64,000 nt of DNA, taken from assembly GCA_965215515.1 (NCBI GenBank), contig OZ244057.1, forward strand, positions 2,082,472-2,146,471. The letters run 5' to 3'. The stretch's first letter is position 1. Each line of letters starts with the position of its first letter. The notes below the pieces were generated by a model. It searched no databases. It was not told the DNA's origin and was given only the letters and a program-made list of their open reading frames with translations. This DNA is from Oligoflexales bacterium. Its GTDB lineage: Bacteria; Bdellovibrionota_B; Oligoflexia; Oligoflexales; JAPPIL01. A program made the position numbers and the translations under genes. Positions 46,676 through 56,749 of the stretch are shown one piece after another.

Positions 46676-47488
46676 ATGCTGGCGAGACTGGTGTTGACGA
46701 CGGTGGTGTTGGGAGCGGTGTCTCTTCCCGTTGCAGAGTTGGTAGCGGCGGACAACAAGCGCAGAAACATTCGCCCACGGGGTTTGCGCAGTCTCTTCAC
46801 CAAATTTGCCCGCAAAAAACTGGAACTGCAAGGTCGGCTGCGCGCTGAGAGTATGCGTCCTCTCGTCGGTGTCTCTGTCTATGCCGATGCCTCCCGCTGT
46901 TCACTAGCGCTGCCTCTCGGTGCTAACCGCCTGCGGGAAGCCTGTGACGATCTGCGGGTTGTAACCTCCTCCGATCAGCACGGTCGTTATCGTGTACCGC
47001 TGCGAGTCAGCGGTAACCACAGATACCTGCATGTGCGTTTCAGTATTAGAGAACGCGACGCACAAGCGGCTGTCGTTATCCCGCTGTCGAGTGTCGATCA
47101 CATCCTGGGGAAGATTCCCGCGTGGTCTTACTACCGTCTCGATCGTGATGCGCAGCTTGCCTTGTTGCGCACCCCTCGTGATCTCGTCTATGCTCGTCGC
47201 CGCGTTGCCGTACACTCCTCGCAGGCGCAGCTGCATAAGAGCAGACATCTGATCGCCCGTGCCCTGCTACGTTCGTTGCCTCACGGCGATAGACACGGGG
47301 AACGTGAGGTCATCACCGTCTCTTCTTGCGGGCGCGATCGCCTTTACCGACAGGACGACGAGCAACTGCCGCGACAGGTGCTCGATTTTCGTTTCTTGCT
47401 TCCCGCGGCTGGTCTCGATACCCCATATTTTACGGAAGGTAACGATTGCGTGCCTGACCGCGAGCCGTCAGATCGTGCTACCATCTGA
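46676..47488 (+). CDS. Hypothetical exported, Arg-rich protein
   Basis: gggggag RBS, signal peptide MLARLVLTTVVLGAVSLPVA; no family recognised. Confidence 0.6.
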   Translation: MLARLVLTTVVLGAVSLPVAELVAADNKRRNIRPRGLRSLFTKFARKKLELQGRLRAESMRPLVGVSVYADASRCSLALPLGANRLREACDDLRVVTSSDQHGRYRVPLRVSGNHRYLHVRFSIRERDAQAAVVIPLSSVDHILGKIPAWSYYRLDRDAQLALLRTPRDLVYARRRVAVHSSQAQLHKSRHLIARALLRSLPHGDRHGEREVITVSSCGRDRLYRQDDEQLPRQVLDFRFLLPAAGLDTPYFTEGNDCVPDREPSDRATI

Positions 47489-47589
47489 CACCGTTCGTTA
47501 ACCAGAGCTTATTCATCAACGGGGTGTAGATAGATGCCCCCGTAAAAAGCGAACACCCTATCGGCTTCTAACAAATCACGTAGAGGAGT

Positions 47590-48831
47590 TCAGTTATGGT
47601 TAGTGATCGCTTCCCATGCTACCTTGGCATCGGTCGCCTGTGCGATGCCGTCGAGGATGGTCAGCACGTCGTCGATACGCTTTGCTTCAGTATATCCAGC
47701 CGTGATCGCCGTCCAGTTTTTTTCGGCTGTGAGCAGTGCGTGCCCAGGCAGGTAGCGAGACCAAGCCGTGAGTGGTAAGGATAAGAGAGCACCGATACCC
47801 ACCGCCTGTGCTACGAGTTTCTCCGCACCAGCTTGCACTTCGATATTCTCCACCCTTTTATCGCTAGCAAGCTTTGTAACAACATCGTCCTCGTCTGTAA
47901 TGGTAATTTTGTTGAGCTTGTCGCTATATTTGAGCGTCTTCTCATCGAACCAAGGGAAATCACGCATAAATTTTGCACGTCTCTTGATGGCATCACTGCT
48001 CTTGCCCAAGAAGTCCGCCAAGTAGCCACCATCTTCGATCTCTCTCCTTAGCGTGTTTTCCTCAGGATCGAACTTAATAGCGCTGTCTATTTTTTCCCCT
48101 AAATCACTGATTTCCCCGTCTCTATGCATGCGATTGTAGGACTTAACGCGCCCTTCCAGCTCCGCCTTGGCTTTGCTCTTGTCGCCGTCTACTTTTTTTA
48201 TTGCGTCTTCGACGCGTAACAGTTTCTCTGCCAGTTCGTTACTAGCATCCTTGGATTTGAGAAAATAATCTTTCATCTCACTGTTGTCATTAAGCAAGCT
48301 GAGCTCTCCCATCAACTCAGATTCTTCTCCATATCCAAGCTCTTTTGCTTTTTGCTGTGCCTCTCTTACTTTTGTCTCGTGTCTCTTCAGCCTCGTCTTA
48401 CCGATAAGACGATCCTTGGCTTTACCCTTGACGTAGAAACGACCTATCTTGTAGAGGAAGGTCCCTGCAATTGCCCCTGCCAGCCCCGCGGTAACCCAGT
48501 TGCGAAGTCTAGCCAGTGCTGTGCCAGGCTTGGCAGGTACATCGTTGAAAATTTTCGCACTGCCATCTTCATTGACTAGTGGATTGATGCACGCCTCAGC
48601 GAGTATTTGTGTAGTATAGGTCTCGTGTAGACGACAGAGACGAAACTGATATGTGCCGTCACTCATCAGAGCCAAGCCGAGCACACGAACACGATCACGC
48701 ACCGCCTTGCTCTGTGCAGTTTCCGTACGGTGAGCAACACCACATGCCAATGTGGCTGACAACAATGCTGTCAACAACAGCCGACCCGTAATCAGCTGCA
48801 GAAACACTTTAATAATAGAAGAACCTAGCAT
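47590..48831 (-). CDS. Hypothetical lipoprotein, paralog A
   Basis: Lipobox TLAC; N- and C-terminal blocks shared with the adjacent paralog; two hydrophobic helices. Confidence 0.75.
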   Translation of the reverse strand: MLGSSIIKVFLQLITGRLLLTALLSATLACGVAHRTETAQSKAVRDRVRVLGLALMSDGTYQFRLCRLHETYTTQILAEACINPLVNEDGSAKIFNDVPAKPGTALARLRNWVTAGLAGAIAGTFLYKIGRFYVKGKAKDRLIGKTRLKRHETKVREAQQKAKELGYGEESELMGELSLLNDNSEMKDYFLKSKDASNELAEKLLRVEDAIKKVDGDKSKAKAELEGRVKSYNRMHRDGEISDLGEKIDSAIKFDPEENTLRREIEDGGYLADFLGKSSDAIKRRAKFMRDFPWFDEKTLKYSDKLNKITITDEDDVVTKLASDKRVENIEVQAGAEKLVAQAVGIGALLSLPLTAWSRYLPGHALLTAEKNWTAITAGYTEAKRIDDVLTILDGIAQATDAKVAWEAITNHN

Positions 48832-48869
48832 GGCGATACCCCCTGTCTAACTAAAAGCATCCGTGTACA

Positions 48870-50708
48870 TCAACGTTCGCTCCGCAAACCGCTGCGTAAC
48901 ATGAAATAGAAGACCTCGTCAGAAACCTCCCCTCCCGTCACTGCGGCGATGCCTTTGATAATGGTGTGCATGTCTGCAACGCGTCCTTCCGTAGTCAGCT
49001 CATAAAAATCACCTGTTAATGCATCCCAGCGCTCGGTAGCGCTGAGCTTAGCGTGTCCTGGAAGTTTCTTCCGTAATGCTGTCGTGGAAATGATAACGAC
49101 AGCAGCACCCGCAGCCTGGCCGATAAATTTTTCAATCCCTCTCTCCACCTGTACTTCACCGACTTCCTTATTATTGGCAATGTAGCTAACCACTTTTTTC
49201 CTGTTTACAACTCTCACCGCGGGATCACCAGTCGTCTCCATATAACTAGGTAACTTGCTCTTGTCTTCGTCCCAGTAGGTGAACCACTTGCTAGGCTTAA
49301 AACCACCTGAGAAACCACCCCTCTTGGCTGTGGGCGCGTTCTTTACGGTCTCGGTAATTATTTTTTTCAGATCTTTGTGAGACTCCCCTACCACCTCAGT
49401 CAGTCCTTCTTGCAAATCTTCAAGGTTGCCTGCTTTCCTAACTTGCTCCTCTAAGCGAGCGATTAAATCATAGTTCTGTCCATCAAGCTGTCCAGCTATT
49501 TTTGCTACTATTTTCTCGCCCGTCTCCGCAACTATAGGACTAACACGCTCCTTACTATAGATAGCTTTCCTAGCAATCTCCTCATAACCTTGAGCACGAG
49601 TTTTGTAGAGTGGAGTTTTGCTGCCGAGAGCCTCTTTATCTATCAACTCTTCGAGTTTCCGTAGCGTCTTCTCCTCGGAAGACTTTGTATCTACCTCACC
49701 CTTTCGCAAGGCATCCTTGATAGTGTCGCTAAGGACAAGACTGCGTCTTTTGCCACTCACAATACCATCCATTTCGTCATTGCCCTTTATGAGCTTAGCT
49801 ATCTTTTTGGAGTTCTCTGCCAAACCACGTTCAAGCCTGTTTATGCGAGCCTCTCGACTCACCAGCTCGTCAAGTGCCTGCAGCGCCTCGTGAGATTGTT
49901 CGTCTAGTGGACGATTCTTGCGTAAGGACTCCACAACACCATCATCGAGAACTAATTTTACCAGTCTGCCATTTTCGTCCGTTTCTGTCTTTATCAGACT
50001 ATTTTCGCTCAGGGCCTTCGCTATGCCACCATCGGGCTGCCCGTTTATTTTTGTAATCGCCTGTGTGAGACTGTCTGCGTATGCTGTTCCGCTCTTGAGG
50101 GAGTTTTCCAAGTTGAGCAACAACACGCCGAGCTCCAGTTTTTCTTTCTTGCTCAATTTCTTTTGCAGTTTTTTATTTTCCAGCAGTGCACGCAGATTGT
50201 ACTCCTTACCACCGAGTTTTACCTTCTCTACGAGAGCACCGTTGCTGGATACGAGCGTGTTGCCATCGATGGACTTTGAACGCTTCAGTGACTCCACCAG
50301 CTGATCATAGTAAGCCTCCCTGCCCAGCTGTGCCCCCGCCTTCATCTTGACGATGTGACGACCGAGAGCGAAGACCACCAATCCCGCCACTGCAGCCGCA
50401 CCTACCGTGACACCCATCTGCCAGAACTTTGTGGCCAACGTACCTGGTGGCACAGGCACCTCGCTGAGGACAAGCGGTAAACCATCCGCGGTGAGCAACG
50501 GATTGATACACCTCTCCTCTAACACCTCTGGGGTGTAGGCCTCTGTTACCTCACATAGCTTGAATTCATATGTCCCCCCAGGCATCTGCACCAGCCCCAG
50601 GGCACGCCTGCCGTCATGCACTGCACTGGGACGCGCATAATCACCACTCCCACCGCACGCACTACATAGCAACAACACCGAGCCCAGCCTCATTGCCTTT
50701 TTCAGCAT
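48870..50708 (-). CDS. Hypothetical lipoprotein, paralog B
   Basis: ggaggag RBS, MLKKAMRLGSVLLLCSAC lipobox; longer K/E-rich core. Confidence 0.75.
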   Translation of the reverse strand: MLKKAMRLGSVLLLCSACGGSGDYARPSAVHDGRRALGLVQMPGGTYEFKLCEVTEAYTPEVLEERCINPLLTADGLPLVLSEVPVPPGTLATKFWQMGVTVGAAAVAGLVVFALGRHIVKMKAGAQLGREAYYDQLVESLKRSKSIDGNTLVSSNGALVEKVKLGGKEYNLRALLENKKLQKKLSKKEKLELGVLLLNLENSLKSGTAYADSLTQAITKINGQPDGGIAKALSENSLIKTETDENGRLVKLVLDDGVVESLRKNRPLDEQSHEALQALDELVSREARINRLERGLAENSKKIAKLIKGNDEMDGIVSGKRRSLVLSDTIKDALRKGEVDTKSSEEKTLRKLEELIDKEALGSKTPLYKTRAQGYEEIARKAIYSKERVSPIVAETGEKIVAKIAGQLDGQNYDLIARLEEQVRKAGNLEDLQEGLTEVVGESHKDLKKIITETVKNAPTAKRGGFSGGFKPSKWFTYWDEDKSKLPSYMETTGDPAVRVVNRKKVVSYIANNKEVGEVQVERGIEKFIGQAAGAAVVIISTTALRKKLPGHAKLSATERWDALTGDFYELTTEGRVADMHTIIKGIAAVTGGEVSDEVFYFMLRSGLRSER

Positions 50709-51030
50709 AACCACCTCTCCTCCACCATGAAAAATTAAGCCCGTGCGACCACGGGGATGAGTTACTAGCACACCTTTCATAGAAAGTAAATATAAAAATT
50801 AAAATTTCTTAAAATAAACAAAATTCTATCCCCGACCTTCCTAGCAGTCACTCAGCCAGCACATGTGCCGCGGGCGTAACTTGAGCGCATCGACTGCCTG
50901 AGCTATCCAAGGTAGCTATGCTTCTTCACTATGGTTGTCGACCGCTTTCTCGTTCTTTACTCAGACGAACAACACATGGTTGTTTAACAGAGGCAAAGAG
51001 TGTGCTAAAACTTGTAGCAGGTGGTGGGTG

Positions 51031-52188
51031 ATGGCGTATCAGTTTTACGAAACAGAGGAGATGCGGCTGCTGCGCCAAACGGTGCGGGAGTTCGCCGCAC
51101 GGGAAATCGCCCCGCAGGCCTTCGTACTTGATCGTGACGAGCGATTTTCCGTGTCTTTAACCCGTAAGATGGGCGAGCTAGGCTTGTTCGGTATGGTCGT
51201 GCCGCGAGAGGCACACGGGCAAGGGTTGGATTATTTCTCCTTCATTATCGCAGTTGAGGAGTTGGCACGGGTAGATGGCTCGCAGGCCGCGACGGTTGCG
51301 GCACACAACAGTCTCGGGGTTGCACCACTTTACTACTACGGCAGCCCCGCACAGCGAGGGAAGTGGCTGCCTCTCCTGTGCTGTGGCGACTACTTGTGGG
51401 CATTTGGCTTGACAGAAGCGAGTGCGGGTAGCGATGCCCAATCGAGTCGCACAACAGCACGTTACGACAGTAAGAACAAGCGCTGGACAATTAACGGCTC
51501 GAAGCTGTGGATCACTAACAGTGCGGCAGAGAACACCCTCGGCATTACCGTGCAGGCGGTGACGGGGGAAGAGGATGGCAAGCCACAGCTGACCTGCTTT
51601 CTTGTCCCCGCCGATAGTAAGGGTTTGCGGCGGATAGCGATGAAGGACAAAATGATGTGGCGTGCCTCTAACACAGGTGAGCTGTACTTCGATGCCGTGC
51701 GAGTAGCCGACCATGCACGACTCGGCGAGATCGGACAAGGGTTCAAGATTATGATGGAAACCCTCGACAACGGACGTTTGTCGATCGCCGCAATGGGTTT
51801 AGGGCTGGCAAAAGGTGCGTTATCGATGGCACTTGCTTACGCCAAACAACGCCAGGCCTTCGGCATGCCCATCATCGAACATCAGGCGATCGCTTTCAAG
51901 CTGGCAGACATGGCCACCCGTATCGAAGCTGCCGAAAATCTGCTTTACAAAGCCTGCTGGCTGCGGCAGGAAAACAAACCCTTCCAAAAGCTAGCCGCTA
52001 TGGCGAAACTGTACTGCTCGGAGGTGGCGGAGTTCGCTGCACGTGAAGGACAACAGATCTTCGGCGGCTACGGCTTGATGAAGGAATACCCGATCGAACG
52101 CTTCTACCGTGACGCGGCTCTGCTCCGTATCGGGGAAGGTACGAGTGAAGTGCAACGTATCGTCATCTCCCGCCATCTGAAGGGCTGA
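51031..52188 (+). CDS. Acyl-CoA dehydrogenase
   Basis: FGLTEASAGSDA, NGSKLWITN, IIEHQAIAFKLADM, FGGYG, YRDA and IGEGTSEVQR. Confidence 0.95.
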   Translation: MAYQFYETEEMRLLRQTVREFAAREIAPQAFVLDRDERFSVSLTRKMGELGLFGMVVPREAHGQGLDYFSFIIAVEELARVDGSQAATVAAHNSLGVAPLYYYGSPAQRGKWLPLLCCGDYLWAFGLTEASAGSDAQSSRTTARYDSKNKRWTINGSKLWITNSAAENTLGITVQAVTGEEDGKPQLTCFLVPADSKGLRRIAMKDKMMWRASNTGELYFDAVRVADHARLGEIGQGFKIMMETLDNGRLSIAAMGLGLAKGALSMALAYAKQRQAFGMPIIEHQAIAFKLADMATRIEAAENLLYKACWLRQENKPFQKLAAMAKLYCSEVAEFAAREGQQIFGGYGLMKEYPIERFYRDAALLRIGEGTSEVQRIVISRHLKG

Positions 52189-52252
52189 GTTTGCACCCGC
52201 AGACAACATGTAGTAGAATCATCAGCAGGTGATAACAATCAACAGGTGAGAC

Positions 52253-52753
52253 GTGATGCGTATGTTTCTTCTCGGTGCAGTTTTTTTCACCCTCGGCAAT
52301 ACACCTGCCTCACCCACGCCGAGATACCCCGAGATAATGCGCTTGCTAGTCAGCGGTGTCGGAGACAAGGGCGCTGACTTCGTCGTGTTTGCCCAGACAC
52401 CCGCCGCGGCGGTGGAACTACTGCGACGACAGAGCGCTCATCTCTACTGTCTACGTCTTACCAAAGACAAGCAGAGCTGGCGTTTTTTCCTGCCCTGCGG
52501 CAGAGTAACCCCCATGTTCGGCAACACATTGCAAGTCTCAGCCTTCCCCGCTATCGGCAAGATCGAAGAGGTGCTCTCTGGTCGCCCGTTGCGTTTCCGT
52601 AAAGCAGTCACCCTCGTCGTCAGCAACATCGACCCCAGCACCATGCCGCAGGCAAACCCCAGCTCCGTCAGGGATTACGTCGAAAACCGCCTTAACGAGA
52701 ACAATGAAGACATCTTCATCGGTGTCGAAGTTCTGCGCCACGGTCACCTCTGA
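52253..52753 (+). CDS. Hypothetical exported protein
   Basis: 166-aa ORF with an N-terminal signal-like segment. Confidence 0.5.
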   Translation: MMRMFLLGAVFFTLGNTPASPTPRYPEIMRLLVSGVGDKGADFVVFAQTPAAAVELLRRQSAHLYCLRLTKDKQSWRFFLPCGRVTPMFGNTLQVSAFPAIGKIEEVLSGRPLRFRKAVTLVVSNIDPSTMPQANPSSVRDYVENRLNENNEDIFIGVEVLRHGHL

Positions 52754-52767
52754 ACAGCTGCACCGTG

Positions 52768-53589
52768 TCAACCCGCCCCCAGTGCTTGCAACTTTTCCGT
52801 CGCCTTGTGCGCTTCCTCCGAACCTGCGTAAGCGTCGACCACATCTTGATAAAACAAACGTGCCGTCTTCTTGTCGCCTAAAAAACGAAAACAATCCCCG
52901 AGTCTGAGTTTCGCCAGCCGCAAATATTTTTCGTCGTCACCTCCTGCCTCGACAAGATCGTTGAAATACAGCGCGGCATCACGTATCTTGCCAAGCTTAA
53001 AAGTGCTCTCCGCCAACAGATACATGGCCTCAAAACGGGTGGACTTACCGCGCAAGCGCTTGATAACCGTCGGGGCATCCTCAAACACATAACGATAACG
53101 CTGGCGCTCGAAGGCAGTCTTCAGCCCTGCAAGATTGGTAATTTTTTTGCGTTTCTTGCTGCGTTTGACGTGTTTTTTTTTGTCGTAAAGTGCCAACAGT
53201 GCTTTGAATTCTTTCAACAACGTCGCTTGCGTAGCACTGAGCTCGGCGGTGCGAGTTTGTAGTTTACTGAGCGTGCTTGCCACCGACTCGTGCTCGGAGC
53301 TGAGCCCTGGGTAACGCCCCGTAATTACCCCTACCTTCAAGGCATCGAGTTGTCCCGTGATTTTTTGTAATTTGTTTTCGAAAGCATCAAGACGGCCTTG
53401 CACACCCGCAATTTTCCTGTTGCCAGCTGTGCTCTTGCTATCCTGCTCTTGGCGTGTTGCTGTAATACCGTGCTCGATATCAAGCATGCGCTTTTTCAAC
53501 ACAAAGATATCTCCCTCCAGCACGGCATGTTTGGCACGGGTGGCACAAGCGCTGGTCAGGATTAAAAAAAACAACCACGAGTACAGCAT
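52768..53589 (-). CDS. CpoB/YbgF-like coiled-coil + TPR lipoprotein
   Basis: Lipobox TSAC, coiled coil, and TPRs AMYLLAES, AKLRLGDCF and YAGSEEA. Confidence 0.75.
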   Translation of the reverse strand: MLYSWLFFLILTSACATRAKHAVLEGDIFVLKKRMLDIEHGITATRQEQDSKSTAGNRKIAGVQGRLDAFENKLQKITGQLDALKVGVITGRYPGLSSEHESVASTLSKLQTRTAELSATQATLLKEFKALLALYDKKKHVKRSKKRKKITNLAGLKTAFERQRYRYVFEDAPTVIKRLRGKSTRFEAMYLLAESTFKLGKIRDAALYFNDLVEAGGDDEKYLRLAKLRLGDCFRFLGDKKTARLFYQDVVDAYAGSEEAHKATEKLQALGAG

Positions 53590-53619
53590 GCGTTCCTCCT
53601 GTCAGAAAAAATTACTTTT

Positions 53620-54168
53620 TCAAAAAAAATCGTGCACCTGCTGTAAAAATTCCGCCGAAATCGCCCCGATATTACGTCGTTGCACTATTCCTTGAGCATC
53701 GATAATGAAGGTTTCTGGCACACCTGTTACCCCATAATCGATCGCGGTGCTCCCGTTGCGGTCGAGTCCCAGCGGGTAGGTTTTGTTGAATTGGTGGGCG
53801 AAACGGCGTGCCTCGTGCACTTTATCGTGCACAGCCACACCGAGTACCAGCACTCGTGCACGTTCCCTGTCCCACAGGTTTTGCAACAGATGTGCCTCTT
53901 GGCGGCAGCTCAAACACCAGCTCGCCCAAAAATTCAGCACCAACACCTTGTCTTGTGCCGCAGCGGAAAAACTACCCTCCCGTAACCCGCTTAACAGGCT
54001 TTCGCCCTGTAACCAGTCTAACACAAAAGGCGGGGCGGATTTGCCTGCCAGTACAGGACGTGGCTTGCTCTGATCGATGGTCAGGCCACGTGCCAACACG
54101 TAGACCAGCAGTGCTGCCAGCATTAGCAAGGTGATGCTGAGCAAGACGTGGGCACGGCGCACTCGCAT
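53620..54168 (-). CDS. ccmG: CcmG/DsbE-type thiol:disulfide oxidoreductase
   Basis: LNFWASWCLSC and YGVTGVPETFIID; in the ccm operon. Confidence 0.85.
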   Translation of the reverse strand: MRVRRAHVLLSITLLMLAALLVYVLARGLTIDQSKPRPVLAGKSAPPFVLDWLQGESLLSGLREGSFSAAAQDKVLVLNFWASWCLSCRQEAHLLQNLWDRERARVLVLGVAVHDKVHEARRFAHQFNKTYPLGLDRNGSTAIDYGVTGVPETFIIDAQGIVQRRNIGAISAEFLQQVHDFF

Positions 54169-54170
54169 TG

Positions 54171-54614
54171 TTAATCGCCAAGAATTGATTTGATCAACAA
54201 GTCTTTGTTCTGCAATTCAGCATCGTGCGGTACGCGGTATTCCTCCGAGTGCTTAACCATCAACGTATGTGATTGCAGCGTCTTTTTCTGCACATCGAAG
54301 TATCCTTCCGCCACAACCCCTTGCCCTTCCTTGAAAAGATCGGGCGGCGTGCCGCGGTGTTGCACGACGATGTCATGACCTTTGAAGTCCGTCATCATGA
54401 AGGTGAGTCGCATGTTTGCCATGTCTTTCTGCACACTACCCACTTTGACCATGCCGCCGATTTTTATATTTTTGCCGCGCACGTCGAGAGCGGCGGCGAA
54501 AACCTCTTGCGGTGTGTAGAAGTAGACGATGCTGTCGCCGAGCTTAAGTAGTGACAGTGTTATGACGACAGCGACGATTATCAGCGAACCGACAATCCAT
54601 TTAGTTTTTTTCAT
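54171..54614 (-). CDS. ccmE: Heme chaperone CcmE
   Basis: YFYTPQE, PDLFKEGQGVVAEG and KHSEEY (HxxxY). Confidence 0.93.
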   Translation of the reverse strand: MKKTKWIVGSLIIVAVVITLSLLKLGDSIVYFYTPQEVFAAALDVRGKNIKIGGMVKVGSVQKDMANMRLTFMMTDFKGHDIVVQHRGTPPDLFKEGQGVVAEGYFDVQKKTLQSHTLMVKHSEEYRVPHDAELQNKDLLIKSILGD

Positions 54615-54756
54615 GCTGTTCTGCCGTCAGTGTTCGTTCCAAAGCACGCAATTTGCGTCGCTCTCCGTAAAGGTACAGCAGCGCCAGTAGCAGTACCAGC
54701 ACTACGACCGCGTAAGCACCAGCCAAAGCCCAGCCTTGTGCAGTTGTCAGCGTCAT
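54601..54756 (-). CDS. ccmD: CcmD-like small membrane protein
   Basis: Single TM with AY plus a charged tail, between ccmC and ccmE. Confidence 0.6.
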   Translation of the reverse strand: MTLTTAQGWALAGAYAVVVLVLLLALLYLYGERRKLRALERTLTAEQHEKN

Positions 54757-54769
54757 ATTACCCTCCGTT

Positions 54770-55486
54770 TCAATCGAAATCACTCACCAATTCAGCAATT
54801 TTTTGCTGTAAACGCAAATTTTTCACCCGTGCAAACAACATCCAAGTCGCCAACAACAGCGAGAACAGAGTCGCGGTAGCGAGCAGAGCGAGAATTTCGC
54901 TACTCATCGTGCCCATCCCGATACTCGGTGGTTGATGTAGCGTGCGCCACCAGGTAACACTCTTGTAGACGATCGGCACATCGATGAAAATTAAAATCCC
55001 CAATGCTGCACTTGCTTTGACTTTGTTCGTGCCACGCGGCAAAGCGCTTTGTAGCAACAGGTAGGCCGCGAACAACACACCGAGAATAAGCGTCGTCAAT
55101 AACCGTGCGTCCCACGTCCACCACACCCCCCAGGTCACTCGTCCCCACATCGACCCTGTTAACAAGCCTAGTACGGTGAACAACAGACCCAGTTCAGCAC
55201 ATGCCTGTCCCCAGAGTATGCAGGCTTCGGTTTTTTTGCCCAGGGCGTAGATACTGCATAGGAACAGGTAGAAGGCACAGACGAAAGCCGTCAGACAAGT
55301 GGGCACGTGTACGTAGAGGATGCGATAAACATCACCTTGATGCACGTCAGTGCCTACCCCGTAGAGTCCCCAGCCCCAGCAGAGCAGTTGCACAACGAAC
55401 AGCACGATACCCCAGCGAAAGGTGGCGAATTCAGTTTTCAATCTGTTCTCCAAACAGCAGCAAACCCAGAGTGAGGTAGACGACAT
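54770..55486 (-). CDS. ccmC: Heme exporter CcmC
   Basis: YVHVP, WGRVTWGVWWTWDARL (WWD) and LHQP. Confidence 0.93.
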   Translation of the reverse strand: MSSTSLWVCCCLENRLKTEFATFRWGIVLFVVQLLCWGWGLYGVGTDVHQGDVYRILYVHVPTCLTAFVCAFYLFLCSIYALGKKTEACILWGQACAELGLLFTVLGLLTGSMWGRVTWGVWWTWDARLLTTLILGVLFAAYLLLQSALPRGTNKVKASAALGILIFIDVPIVYKSVTWWRTLHQPPSIGMGTMSSEILALLATATLFSLLLATWMLFARVKNLRLQQKIAELVSDFD

Positions 55487-56126
55487 CCATGCCGATTAAC
55501 AGTGTAATCCACTTGACCTGTGATTCATCCATCCCGCCTTTCTCAAGGTAGGCGTATGATGTTTCCGCGGCACCGATCAGCAGGGGTATCGTGAGCGGAA
55601 AATAGATCAGGGGGTAAAGGATGTTGCGTCCCTTCGCACGCAAGACGATGGTGGTTAGCAACACCCCTAAGGCTGCCTGTCCTACCAATGCCAGTGCGGC
55701 AACACCTCCCACGAAGAAGAATGCCTGGCGATTGTGCTGCGCATTGAAAACAAAAGCGAGCAGCAGCAGCGGCAATAGAAACAGCATACTGCTGATGATG
55801 AAGACCAGCAGTTTACTCATGTACCAAATTTCCCCGCTGAGCGGGTAAGTGCGCAGTAAGTCGTAGACACCATCGTGTTGTTCGAATTCAAAAATGCGCA
55901 GTGCGGAGATTTGCACCGCGAAGAAGAAGGCGAGGTAAATCTCTGCGATCAGCACTCGTGTCGTGCCCATCCCAGGCGTGGCGAAGCACACTGCGGTGAT
56001 GATTAGCACGGTGATGGCGAATAGGAACGACGAGCACAGGCGTTCTTTGTTGCTGAGTTCCAATCGCAAACCGCAGGTGATGAAGATCTGCAACTGTTGC
56101 CAGAGTGAGGCATGTGCTTTAGTCAT
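55431..56126 (-). CDS. ccmB: Heme exporter permease CcmB
   Basis: FEFEQHDG, KL and LIYFPLTIPLLI; six TMs. Confidence 0.85.
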   Translation of the reverse strand: MTKAHASLWQQLQIFITCGLRLELSNKERLCSSFLFAITVLIITAVCFATPGMGTTRVLIAEIYLAFFFAVQISALRIFEFEQHDGVYDLLRTYPLSGEIWYMSKLLVFIISSMLFLLPLLLLAFVFNAQHNRQAFFFVGGVAALALVGQAALGVLLTTIVLRAKGRNILYPLIYFPLTIPLLIGAAETSYAYLEKGGMDESQVKWITLLIGMDVVYLTLGLLLFGEQIEN

Positions 56127-56721
56127 TTGTTAGCTCCAGCCGCTGGGTACGTAGTGCTGCAAAGGCGGTATCGTCATGGCTGACGATAATGGCAGCTCCT
56201 CCGTCGTGCACATGTTGCGCCAGCAGCTCGCGGAATGTTTGCGTCCCCTCGCTATCGAGAACGGCGAGCGGCTCGTCGAGTATCCACAGCGGCGAGGGTG
56301 ACAGCAGCAATCGGGCCATGCTCAGGCGGCGTTTCATGCCTGAGGAGAAGAGGCCGACGGCAAGATTGCGGGGGAAACAGATGCCGCAGCGTTGTAAGGC
56401 GGGGAGAATTTTGTTTTCGTCGAGGGTGCGGTTTTTTAGTTTTGCCCACCAGCGAAGATTGTCCCAAGCTGACAACTGGGCAAAAAAACCGTCGCTAGCG
56501 GCGGGCAGATGTTCGCACAATCTGCGTCCCGACCCACCTTTGAAGATGATCTCACCGCGGGTGTAGGGCAGCAGCCCTACGATAATTTTCAGCAGGGTGG
56601 TCTTCCCTGCCCCGTTGCGTCCTTCCAGGTGCAGCACCTCGCCTGCATCGAGCTTGAAGCTGATGTCCCTGAAGATGACGCGGGGGGGAAAACTTTTGGA
56701 GAGACCGTTGATCTGTAACAT
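56119..56721 (-). CDS. ccmA: Heme exporter ATPase CcmA
   Basis: MLQING start, GRNGAGKTT, FSSGMKRR, WILDEP and SH. Confidence 0.9.
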   Translation of the reverse strand: MLQINGLSKSFPPRVIFRDISFKLDAGEVLHLEGRNGAGKTTLLKIIVGLLPYTRGEIIFKGGSGRRLCEHLPAASDGFFAQLSAWDNLRWWAKLKNRTLDENKILPALQRCGICFPRNLAVGLFSSGMKRRLSMARLLLSPSPLWILDEPLAVLDSEGTQTFRELLAQHVHDGGAAIIVSHDDTAFAALRTQRLELTND

Positions 56722-56749
56722 GTTTGCCCCATTGCTGTCGCTACCATCG

